From an uncultured Actinomycetota bacterium (GTDB lineage: Bacteria > Actinomycetota > Actinomycetes > Mycobacteriales > Geodermatophilaceae): a DNA stretch of 24,000 nucleotides. Shown here one piece after another: positions 1 through 10,215 of the stretch. Position 1 is the first letter of the stretch. Every line of letters starts with the position of its first letter. The stretch is from contig CAVZOY010000004.1 in NCBI GenBank assembly GCA_963777095.1, positions 209,876 through 233,875 on the forward strand. Reading direction: 5' to 3'. The notes under the pieces were generated by a model. The model was not told the origin of the DNA. It worked only from the letters and a program-made list of their open reading frames with translations, and did no database searches. Position numbers and translations under genes: made by a program.

Positions 1-1023
<1,023 letters not shown>

Positions 1024-1158
1024 GACCCTCACCCTAGATTGGAACCGTTCCAGAGTCGACCGGGGGTCTGACCTCGGCCGAGTCTCGTCGGGTCCTGCTC
1101 CGAGCAACACCGTCCACACCCGTCCCGGACCGTCGCCCCGGCGTGGTAACCATGACGC

Positions 1159-1789
1159 GTGGGGGTACGCGTCGGGAGCCTGGTCGCCCGGTTCCTCGTC
1201 GCCCTCGTGGTCGCCGCCGTGCTGCTCGGCGCCGCCACGGCGGCCGCGATCTGGTGGACGGCGCGGCAGGACGCGCGCCCGACGTCCGACGCGATCGTCG
1301 TCCTGGGTTCGGCGCAGTACGACGGCGTGCCGTCGTCGATCTTCGAGGCCCGGCTCGAGCACGCGCTCGCCCTCTACGAGGCCGGCGTGGCGCCGGTGAT
1401 CGTCACCGTCGGCGGCAAGGCCGACGGCGACCGGTTCACCGAGGCCGAGGCCGGCGCCCAGTACCTGGCCGAGGCCGGCGTGCCGGCCGACGCCCTGCTG
1501 CCCGTGCCCGAGGGCGTCGACACCCTGGAGAGCATGCGCGTCGGTGTCGGCCGCCTTCGACGAGCGCGGCTGGGCCACCGCGGTGCTGGTCACCGACCCG
1601 TGGCACGCGATGCGCACGCAGCGGATGGCCGAGGACGCCGGCATCGAGGCCGAGACCTCTCCCACGCGGCAGGGGCCGGCGGTCTACTCGCGCACGACCC
1701 AGGTGCGCTACATCTTCCGCGAGACCGCGGCCTACCTGCTCTACCGCGCCACCGGCGAGAGCATCGCCGGCGCGCCCGGGATCGGCTGA
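1159..1789 (+). CDS. YdcF/SanA-like (DUF218) membrane-anchored protein, interrupted by an apparent frameshift near 1545
   Basis: Frame 1: N-terminal TM segment then SDAIVVLGSAQYDGVPSSIFEARLEHALALYEAGVAPVIVTVGGKADGDRFTEAEAGAQYL...; continues in frame 2 as AFDERGWATAVLVTDPWHAMRTQRMAEDAGIEAETSPTRQGP...YLLYRATG, typical of DUF218. Confidence 0.82.
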
Positions 1790-1796
1790 GGGAGGA

Positions 1797-2316
1797 GTGC
1801 CCGTGCTGGAAGTGGGCAAGGCCGGTTCCGCCGGCGTCGGAAAGCGCGTGCTGCCCTTCCTGCGCGACGGCGAGGTCGTCGGCGACCGTCCGCTCCTCGC
1901 AGTGGAAGGAGGCGGCGACAGCGGTCATCGGCGACCGCGAGTGGATCTTCGCCAAGACGCGCGGAACTCTCGTCGCGCGCTGGGCGGTGGATCCGGAGGG
2001 GACGTCTCGGATGAGCGCAGGGCAGTCGTCGTTCTGGCGCGGCACCTGGGCAGGCCGACCTCGAGGGAGCCCCCGTGGAGGTGCGCAGCCTGTCCCGGTG
2101 GCGCAGCACCCGCCAGTACCTCGTCGACGGGCAGGAGGTCGCGCGGAGCGGGAGCTCCGGCGGCTGGTCGCCCCGGCCGACCGCTGAGCTGCTGCCGACT
2201 CCCTGCCGCTGCACCACCAGGTCTTCCTGCTCTGGCTGGAACTGGTGATCAGCCGGCGGGACCAGGCCGCACTGGCGGGGGCCACCGCCGCCGCCGTCAT
2301 CGGAGGCAGCAGCTGA
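1797..2316 (+). CDS. Hypothetical protein split by several apparent frameshifts
   Basis: RBS-like GGAGG before GTG 1797; pieces in different frames assemble to VPVLEVGKAGSAGVGKRVLPFLRDGEVVGD / RSSQWKEAATAVIGDREWIFAKTRGTLVARWAVDPEG / SFWRGTWA / DLEGAPVEVRSLSRWRSTRQYLVDGQEVARSGSSGGWSPRPTAEL / LPLHHQVFLLWLELVISRRDQAALAGATAAAVIGGSS*. Confidence 0.55.
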
Positions 2317-4209
2317 TGGCCAGGCAGAGGGCGCATCCGCGCCGCCGACATCGCGCTGGTGCGCGAGCGGACGCGGATCGACGAGGTGGTCGGCGAGCAG
2401 CTGCAGCTCAAGCGCGCCGGCGGCGGGAGCCTGAAGGGGCTCTGTCCGTTCCACGACGAGAAGTCGCCGTCGTTCCACGTCACGCCCAGTCGCGGGCTCT
2501 GGCACTGCTTCGGTTGCGGAGAAGGCGGCGACGTCATCGCCTTCGTCCAGCAGACCGACCACCTCACCTTCACCGAGGCCGTCGAGCGGCTGGCCGGGCG
2601 GGCCAACGTCGAGCTGCACTACGAGGACGACGGCGGCCGCGCCCACCGGCGGCCCCGACCGCGCGGCGGTCGGCCAGCGGGCGCGGCTCGTCGCGGCCAA
2701 CGCCGCCGCGGCCGCCTTCTACGCCGAGCAGCTCGGCACGCCCGAGGCGGCGCCGGCCCGGCAGTTCCTCGCCGAGCGCGGCTTCGACCGGCAGGCGGCG
2801 CTGGACTTCGACTGCGGGTACGCGCCCGGCGGCTGGGACGCCCTCACCCGGCACCTGCGCGCCAAGGGCTTCACCCAGCAGGAGCTGGTCACCGGCGGGC
2901 TGGCCAAGGAGAGCTCGCGCGGCACGCTGATCGACCGGTTCCACCGCCGGCTGCTCTGGCCGATCCGCGACCTCACCGGCGACGTCATCGGCTTCGGCGC
3001 CCGCAAGCTCATGGACGACGACCCGGGGCCGAAGTACCTCAACACCCCCGAGACGCCGCTCTACAAGAAGAGCACGGTGCTCTACGGCGTCGAGCGGGCC
3101 AAGCGGGACATCGCCCGCTCGCACCAGGCCGTGGTCGTCGAGGGCTACACCGACGTGATGGCCTGCCACCTGGCCGGCATCACCACGGCCGTCGCCTCCT
3201 GCGGCACCGCCTTCGGCGCCGAGCACATCTCCGTGCTGCGCCGGCTGCTGATGGACCAGGACGAGTTCCGCGGCGAGGTCGTCTACACCTTCGACGGCGA
3301 CGCGGCCGGCCAGGCGGCGGCCATGAAGACGTTCAAGGAGGACCAGCGCTTCGTCGGCCAGACGTTCGTCGCCGTGGAGCCCGACGGCCGCGACCCGTGC
3401 GAGCTGCGCCAGGATGCACGGCGACGCCGCCGTCCGCGACCTCGTCGCCCGGCGGACGCCGCTGATCGAGTTCGTGCTGCAAGACGATGCTGCGCGACTA
3501 CCGCCTCGACACCGTCGAGGGCCGGGTCGCGGCGCTGGAGAAGACCGTTCCGCTGGTCGCGCAGATCAAGGACCACGCGCTGCGGCCGGCCTACGCCCGC
3601 CGGCTGGCCGGGCATGATCGGCAACACCGACGAGGCCGAGATCAGCGATCGGGTGCGGCAGCTCACCGGCGAGGGGCGCGGGCCGGGTCCGTCGCGCCGT
3701 CCCCGGATCCCGAAGCGGACGCCGGACGACGCCGCGGTCGCCGTCGAGCGCGAGGCGGTCAAGGCGGCGCTGCAGATGCCGCAGGTCGCCGGGCCGTCGT
3801 TCGACGCCGTCCCGCCCGCCGCCTACACCGACCCCGAGTACGCCGCCGTCGCCGCGGCGGTGGCCGGCGCCGGGGGAGCGGCCGCCGCCACCGTCACCGG
3901 CCCGGCCTGGCTCGACGAGGTCGCCGCAGCACTGCGAGCGCGAGACCGCCCGCGCCCAGCTGACCGCGCTGGCGGTGGAGCCGCTGCGCGCGTCCGGGCG
4001 AGGGCGACGCCGGCTACATCAACGCCGTCATGGCCCGGCTGCAGGAGATGGCCACGAACCGGCGGATCGCCGAGCTCAAGGGCAAGCTGCAGCGGATGAA
4101 CCCCGTCGAGGCGCCCGACGAGTACACCCGCGCCTTCACCCGGCTGGTCACGCTCGAGCAGGAGGCGCGGTCGCTGCGCGAGCGCGCGATGGGCGGGCTC
4201 ACCGCATGA
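2316..4209 (+). CDS. dnaG: DNA primase DnaG, broken by multiple apparent frameshifts
   Basis: Pieces: RIRAADIALVRERTRIDEVVGEQLQLKRAGGGSLKGLCPFHDEKSPSFHVTPSRGLWHCFGCGEGGDVIAFVQ (CHC2 zinc domain); GDVIGFGARKLMDDDPGPKYLNTPETPLYKKSTVLYGVERAKRDIARSHQAVVVEGYTDVMACHLAGITTAVASCGTAFGAEH...VVYTFDGDAAGQAA (Toprim); C-terminal GDAGYINAVMARLQEMATNRRIAELKGKLQRMNPVEAPDEYTRAFTRLVTLEQEARSLRERAMGGLTA*. Spread over all three + frames. Confidence 0.93.
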
Positions 4210-4777
4210 CGCTGCTCGACATGGTCAAGCGGCGGTTCGCCCGGCCGCCGGAGCCGGTGCGCGCCGCCGTCGAGGCCACCCCCGACTCCGACGAGCGGGT
4301 GCTGGCGTGGGGCTCGCTGGTGCGCGACGAGGGCTGGCTGGTCGCCACCACGCGCGGCCTGCGGGTGGTGAACGCAGCGGGCGGCGAAGCGGCCGCGCTG
4401 CTGCCGTGGCACGAGGTCGGGCACGCCCGCTGGGCGGCCACCGCCGACGGCGGCGGCAGCTTCACGATCACGCCGCTGACCGAGGTGGAGCCCGGCGTGC
4501 AGGCGCGGCTCGCGCCGCGTCGGCACGCGCTCAGCGAGCCGGGGGAGCTGCCGCAGGAGGTGCGCCGCCGGGTGGACCGGACGGTCGTCAGCCAGCCAGC
4601 GCTTCCCGCTGCCCGGACCGGGGCGGGGTCGTGCTCGTGGCGCGCCGACTGCCCGGTCAGGCGGCCAAGGAGTGGACCGTCGTCTTCGACGACGACGTCG
4701 ACCGCGCCGACCCGGTGGCGCGCGACGAGGCCGCGCGGCGAGCTGGCCGCGGCGTCGCCGCCGAGCAGCCCGACTGA
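4206..4777 (+). CDS. Conserved hypothetical protein, ATGA overlap with dnaG stop; apparent frameshift near 4610
   Basis: MTLLDMVKRRFARPPEPVRAAVEATPDSDERVLAWGSLVRDEGWLVATTRGLRVVNAAGGEAAALLPWHEVGHARWAA...; continues in the next frame as ...EWTVVFDDDVDRADPVARDEAARRAGRGVAAEQPD*. Confidence 0.6.
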
Positions 4778-4998
4778 GACCGCGGGTCAGCGCGGGGGCG
4801 TCGCTGCCCATCTTCGACTTGACCGAGGACAGCACGTCGTCGGCGCGCGCCTGCGCCATGCCGGCGACGCTCTGCAGGCGCGGGTCGTCCTTCGCCTGGG
4901 CCCACGCCCGGCGGATCTGCTCGTAGCGCTCGCGTCCCGGCCCGGGCGCCGAGCACGTAGCCGGCGCCGAAGCCGGCGAGGAAGGACAGCTTCGCCAC
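4778..4998 (-). CDS. YtxH-like small protein; apparent frameshift near 4945; 3' end uncertain
   Basis: VAKLSFLAGFGAGYVLGARAG in one frame, continuing as RERYEQIRRAWAQAKDDPRLQSVAGMAQARADDVLSSVKSKMG in another; Gly-rich hydrophobic start followed by YtxH-like ERYEQIR segment. Confidence 0.55.
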
Positions 4999-5143
4999 GG
5001 GGAGACCTCCTGGTGGGCCTGGACGGGTTGGCGGGAGAACGCTACCCGTGACCTGCGGCGTCTCAGTCCCGGCCCGGGGCGCTCCGCGGTCGCGACGGGC
5101 CCGTGAGGTACTCTCGTCGGGCGCGCGGGTCGCCCCGCGCCCA

Positions 5144-5216
5144 TCCCCCGTAGCTCAATTGGCAGAGCATGCGACTGTTAATCGCAGGGTTATTGGTTCG
5201 AGTCCAATCGGGGGAG
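5144..5216 (+). tRNA. tRNA-Asn (anticodon GTT at 5177-5179)
   Basis: TCCCCCGTAGCTCAATTGGCAGAGCATGCGACTGTTAATCGCAGGGTTATTGGTTCGAGTCCAATCGGGGGAG: 7-bp acceptor stem TCCCCCG/CGGGGGA, anticodon stem TGCGA/TCGCA with loop CTGTTAA, T-arm loop TTCGAGT. Confidence 0.97.
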
Positions 5217-5222
5217 CAGAGC

Positions 5223-5259
5223 AAGGCCCCTGACCAGCAAGTCGCCGGTCAGGGGCCTT
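5223..5259 (+). terminator. Strong hairpin just downstream of tRNA-Asn, probable terminator with a poor T-tract
   Basis: AAGGCCCCTGACC (5223-5235) - 11 nt - GGTCAGGGGCCTT (5247-5259), perfect 13-bp inverted repeat. Confidence 0.75.
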
Positions 5260-5352
5260 CGTGGTTCGCGGGTAGGTGTGCGAGCGAGCAGTTCGATCAC
5301 GTCGTTCGTCGTGCTGCTCGAATCGCGCGCCGAACCCGGCTGAGCGGCCGCC

Positions 5353-5700
5353 TCAGTTCTCGGCGTCGTCGGCTCCGTTCGGGCCTCGGCCCTCGTTCGC
5401 GGGCTGCGCTCCCGAAACCTGCGTGTCCATGCGCTCGAGGCGCTGACGGATCGCCGCGACGTTGAGCGCCAGATCCTCGAGTGCCTCGACGGCCCGCGTC
5501 GAGAGCGCGAATGTGAGGTTCTCGCGCTGCCGCTCGGCGCTGGGCTCGCGGTTGGTCTGCCGGGCGTCGGAGCGCTCGCGCGAATGACGCGTCGCCTCCG
5601 TCCACGGCTCGTCATCGGCGTGCGGCTCGCCGAACAGCTCGCGCAGCATCCGCTGCGCTCGTTCGAGGAACTCGCCCGGGTCAGGCCGGTCGGTCGCCAT
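5353..5700 (-). CDS. Hypothetical protein
   Basis: ATG at 5700: MATDRPDPGEFLERAQRMLRELFGEPHADDEPWTEATRHSRERSDARQTNREPSAERQRENLTFALSTRAVEALEDLALNVAAIRQRLERMDTQVSGAQPANEGRGPNGADDAEN*; the track extends the same ORF upstream to 5784. Confidence 0.5.
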   Translation of the reverse strand: MATDRPDPGEFLERAQRMLRELFGEPHADDEPWTEATRHSRERSDARQTNREPSAERQRENLTFALSTRAVEALEDLALNVAAIRQRLERMDTQVSGAQPANEGRGPNGADDAEN

Positions 5701-5812
5701 CCGTGCCCCTCTCCGCATCTGTCGAGCACGTCGCGCGGACGGCGGGATGACCGTCGCGCGACGTGACCAACCTACGACCACCACGGCGTGCTCCGTGTCC
5801 GGCGAATGCCGA

Positions 5813-6292
5813 TCACGTCCGGTGAGGGAGGGCGGGCTGCTCGTTGATCCGATAGTGCAGGCGCAGCACCGGTGCGGCGCCCAGGGACAGCCGGTGATCG
5901 GTGCGGAGCACCCCGTGGTCGTCGACGTGGACGTGGAACACCTCGTGGACCGGGATGCGGCGAGCCCAGCAGCCTCCGCCCTTCTCGACCACGAGATAGG
6001 CGCCCGGCTGTCCCCGGTCTCCTGCAGTGGAGATGAGCCATCCGCCGGGCCAGGCCCACGGCGACCAGCCGATCCAGGCGTCGAGACGCCGCTGACTCGT
6101 CCGTTCGTAGAAGTCTCGGACGGGCATGGCCAGATGTGCGGCCGAGAAGGCAGGTCCGTCGAGACGCGTCATCGCGGGGACGAGGCCCCCGCCGTCGCCG
6201 TCGCCCACGGCCGCGCCGATGGGTTCGGCCTCGCGGGACAACCACCGGTCGCCGATGGACTCGACGTCTCCCGACCGGCCCTCTGCAACCAC
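5813..6292 (-). CDS. Hypothetical protein
   Basis: Open frame with balanced composition: ...MPVRDFYERTSQRRLDAWIGWSPWAWPGGWLISTAGDRGQPGAYLVVEKGGGCWARRIPVHEVFHVHVDDHGVLRTDHRLSLG...; start codon uncertain. Confidence 0.45.
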   Translation of the reverse strand: MVAEGRSGDVESIGDRWLSREAEPIGAAVGDGDGGGLVPAMTRLDGPAFSAAHLAMPVRDFYERTSQRRLDAWIGWSPWAWPGGWLISTAGDRGQPGAYLVVEKGGGCWARRIPVHEVFHVHVDDHGVLRTDHRLSLGAAPVLRLHYRINEQPALPHRT

Positions 6293-6430
6293 GTCTGCTC
6301 GGACAGGTCGACGGTCGGCCCGTGTGTCGGACCCAGCGCTGCGTGACCCGATCGAGACGCTGAGCCGAAACGTCCCGATCGTCGCACTGTCGCGTCCCGT
6401 CCAGCGTCAGCGAGAGATGTCGCCGCGGGA

Positions 6431-6457
6431 TGTCGAGAACCGGAGCGCGGCTCCGTC
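6431..6457 (+). promoter_or_regulatory. Candidate ECF42-type promoter upstream of the DGPF gene
   Basis: TGTCGA (6431-6436) - 17 nt - CGTC (6454-6457), 50 bp before the ATG at 6508; matches the TGTCGA / CGA(T)C pattern described for ECF42 targets. Confidence 0.55.
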
Positions 6458-6507
6458 CCTGCAGTGCACACGGCCACAATGGGCCGTACCGCACGGAGGA
6501 GAACACG

Positions 6508-6915
6508 ATGGCCAAGTACCTGCTGCTCAAGCACTACCGAGGCGCGCCGGCGGCGGTCAACGACGTGCCGATGGACCAGTGGACGCCGGAGGAGGTCTCG
6601 GCCCACATGCAGTTCATGCAGGACTTCGCCAAGCGGCTCGAGGGCACCGGTGAGTTCGTCGACGGTCAGGCGCTCTCTCCCGAGGGCACGTTCGTCCGCT
6701 ACGACGGCGAGGGGCGGCCGCCGGTCACCGACGGCCCGTTCGCCGAGACCAAGGATCTGATCGCCGGCTGGATGGTGATCGACGTCGACACCTACGAACG
6801 GGCGCTCGAGCTGGCCGGCGAGCTGTCCGCGGCTCCGGGTGCCGGTGGGAAGCCGATCCACGAGTGGCTCGAGGTCCGCCCGTTCCTGGGCGCGCCGCCG
6901 ACCATCACGGAGTGA
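6508..6915 (+). CDS. YCII-related / DGPF-domain protein, ECF42 partner
   Basis: MAKYLLLKHYRGAPAAVNDVPMDQWTPEEVSAHMQFMQDFAKRLEGTGEFVDGQALSPEG...PPVTDGPFAETKDLIAGWMVIDVDTYERALELAGELSAAPGAGGKPIHEWLEVRPF; DGPF motif and GGAGGA RBS. Confidence 0.93.
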   Translation: MAKYLLLKHYRGAPAAVNDVPMDQWTPEEVSAHMQFMQDFAKRLEGTGEFVDGQALSPEGTFVRYDGEGRPPVTDGPFAETKDLIAGWMVIDVDTYERALELAGELSAAPGAGGKPIHEWLEVRPFLGAPPTITE

Positions 6916-6918
6916 CAC

Positions 6919-8079
<1,161 letters not shown>

Positions 8080-8143
8080 GCGGCGGGCGGCACGCACGAG
8101 CCCGACGCTTCCCGACCGCACGAGGCGTCGCTAGCTTGCGGTC

Positions 8144-8383
8144 GTGGCACTGAAACACGCAGGCCGGGATGCGTTCGCCTTCATCAGTACGACCGCCGGG
8201 ACGGCGGCGATCGGCGGAGTGATCTTCCTGCTGTTCAACCAGCCGTGTCCGAACCTGGAGTACCTGACGTGTGTGGGTGGGGTGACGGCCGGCGACTTCT
8301 TCACGAACTTCGGCTACCTCAGCCTCGCCCTCGGCTTCGGCGCGGCCGTCATCAGCGAGTCGATGGGCGGCGACCCGGCGTGA
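8144..8383 (+). CDS. Small putative membrane protein
   Basis: [79 protein letters not shown]; two hydrophobic segments. Confidence 0.5.
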   Translation: MALKHAGRDAFAFISTTAGTAAIGGVIFLLFNQPCPNLEYLTCVGGVTAGDFFTNFGYLSLALGFGAAVISESMGGDPA

Positions 8384-8386
8384 CGC

Positions 8387-8520
8387 TCACGGCTTGACGG
8401 CGAGGACCGGGCCGGTCCGCGTCGAGCAGGATTCGCTGCGCACTGCTGCCCATGAGCAGCTTGCCGACGGGCGAGCGCTTGCGCAGTCCGATGACGATCA
8501 CCGAGGCGTCCGCCTCGGAG
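8387..8520 (-). pseudogene. Universal stress protein (UspA family) C-terminal remnant, 5' part missing
   Basis: Reverse complement: [43 protein letters not shown]; the G-x2-G-x9-G(S) nucleotide-binding motif of USP proteins, no upstream portion. Confidence 0.8.
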
Positions 8521-8522
8521 CG

Positions 8523-8675
8523 GTGACGGTGACCTCGGCGCTACCGACGGCCCAGGACGTCTTCGTCTATGCCGCCACCTACGACCGGGGCACGCTGCTG
8601 GCGCGGGACGTCATCCTGCTCAGCACGGTGCTGTCGGCCCCCGTCCTCGTGGCGATCGCCGTCGTCCTCGGCTGA
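8523..8675 (+). pseudogene. AEC-family (auxin efflux carrier-like) permease C-terminal remnant
   Basis: [50 protein letters not shown]; typical last TM portion of AEC permeases with no N-terminal part upstream. Confidence 0.75.
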
Positions 8676-8702
8676 AGCAGCCGTATCTCCTCGGAGGAAG
8701 CC

Positions 8703-9245
8703 GTGACCCACTCAGAGGCGACGACGCCGTCGGGGACGAGTGCCGCCGACGAGCGGCACCGCCTGTCGATGACGATCCTGATGACGCCCGACATGTCGAA
8801 CTTCGCCGGCAACGTGCACGGGGGCATCCTGCTCAAGTACCTCGACCAGGTCGCCTACACCTGCGCGACCCGCTACGCGCGCACCTACGCGGTCACGCTG
8901 TCGGTGGACCAGGTCGTCTTCCGCGAACCCATCCACGTCGGTGAGCTGGTCACGTTCGACGCCAGCGTCAACCGCACCGGGCGGACGTCCATGGAGGTCG
9001 GCGTCCGCGTGACGACCCAGGACCTCGTCTCCCAGACGGTGCGGCACACGAACAGCAGCTACTTCACGATGGTCGCGATCGGACCCGACGGCAGGCCCGT
9101 TCCGGTGCCGCCGTGGCGACCGCGCACCGCGGAGGAGCACCGCCGCCACCAGGCCGCCGAGCGACGGCAGCAGCTGCGCCGGGAGATCGACCAGGCGCGG
9201 GCGGAGATCCGGCGGACGACGCACGACGGGGACGACGCGTCGTGA
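8703..9245 (+). CDS. Acyl-CoA thioesterase, hotdog fold
   Basis: RLSMTILMTPDMSNFAGNVHGGILLKYLDQVAYTCATRYARTYAVTLSVDQVVFREPIHVGELVTFDASVNRTGRTSMEVGVRV; preceded by GGAGGAAG. Confidence 0.93.
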   Translation: MTHSEATTPSGTSAADERHRLSMTILMTPDMSNFAGNVHGGILLKYLDQVAYTCATRYARTYAVTLSVDQVVFREPIHVGELVTFDASVNRTGRTSMEVGVRVTTQDLVSQTVRHTNSSYFTMVAIGPDGRPVPVPPWRPRTAEEHRRHQAAERRQQLRREIDQARAEIRRTTHDGDDAS

Positions 9246-9390
9246 GCACGGCCGGGCTGGTCGAACGGCCTGCGCGCGGTCGTCGGCGACGCCGTTCCCG
9301 ACGACTCGGGCCGGCCGGCCGTCGACTCCTCGAAGACGGTCCAGGCCATCGGCGGCCGCGACGGCCGGCCGGTCTCCGGAGGCGATGCGG

Positions 9391-10215
9391 TCAGCGCAGG
9401 GCGGCGCGCGCCTCCGGATCGACCTCGGCCAGCCACCGTCGGGTCGCCGCGGCGCGGGCCTTCGCCCCCGACTCCCAGTACTCCCGGAAGCCCGGGTGAC
9501 CCGCGGCGACGTGGCCCTCGATCAGCCGGCAGAACCACTCCTGGTTGGCGCGGACGGCGTCGACGACCTCGGCTCGATCGCCCTCGGCCATCCCATAGGC
9601 GTCGACGAACAACCGGAGCCGCTCGGCCCACCGGCCGCGGCGGGCGTCGGGCACCCAGTCGTCCGGCCGCATGGGCGCCCACTGCCGCGCGGCGCACGCC
9701 ACGTCCCACACGACGGAGCCGGGGCCGGCGAGGTCGAAGTCGATCAGCGCCGCCGCGCGGCCGTCGCGGAAGACGACGTTGTCCAGGTTCGGGTCGTTGT
9801 GGCTCACCAGCCGCCCGGCGACGAAGGCCGGGGGGAGCCGGACCGGCCAGCTCCACGACGTGGGATCGAAGGACGCCGCCGCCCGGTGGTACTCGCGCAG
9901 CAGCTCGGCCACGCTGACCAGCGCCTCGTCGGTCAGCGCCCAGTCGGGGTACGGCGGCAGCACGGCGGTGCCCGGGATGTAGGACAGCACCTCCCGGCCC
10001 TGCCCGTCGACGCCGAGCAACCGGGGTGCCCCCTCGAAGCCGACCGACTCCAGGTGCCGGAGCAGCGCGTGTGTGGCGGCGCTGGTGGGCCGCTGCGGCC
10101 GGCGCACCGTGTCGCCCACACGAACGACCGAGCCGAGGTTGTCGACGCCGCCGGCCAGCGGGATCTCCTCGGGATCCCGCTCCGCGTCCTGCGCCGGAGG
10201 GCCGAATTCCGGCAT
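9391..10215 (-). CDS. Aminoglycoside/choline-type phosphotransferase-fold kinase
   Basis: MPEFGPPAQDAERDPEEIPLAGGVDNLGSVVRVGDTVRRPQRPTSAATHALLRHLESVGFEGAPRLLGVDGQGREVLSYIPG...LVSHNDPNLDNVVFRDGRAAALIDFDLAGPGSVVWDVA; HNDxxxxN and IDFD catalytic motifs. Start overlaps the upstream regulator's stop (TGATG). Confidence 0.9.
   Translation of the reverse strand: MPEFGPPAQDAERDPEEIPLAGGVDNLGSVVRVGDTVRRPQRPTSAATHALLRHLESVGFEGAPRLLGVDGQGREVLSYIPGTAVLPPYPDWALTDEALVSVAELLREYHRAAASFDPTSWSWPVRLPPAFVAGRLVSHNDPNLDNVVFRDGRAAALIDFDLAGPGSVVWDVACAARQWAPMRPDDWVPDARRGRWAERLRLFVDAYGMAEGDRAEVVDAVRANQEWFCRLIEGHVAAGHPGFREYWESGAKARAAATRRWLAEVDPEARAALR

Noticed and set aside
4014-5144. 376-aa minus-strand ORF
   Set aside because: Only the segment with ERYEQIRRAWAQAKDDPRL belongs to the YtxH-like gene; the rest is antisense to the plus-strand genes.
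5223-5259. tRNA-adjacent repeat considered as an att site or integration scar
   Set aside because: It is an inverted repeat hairpin, not a direct repeat of the tRNA 3' end, and no integrase or mobile gene is present.
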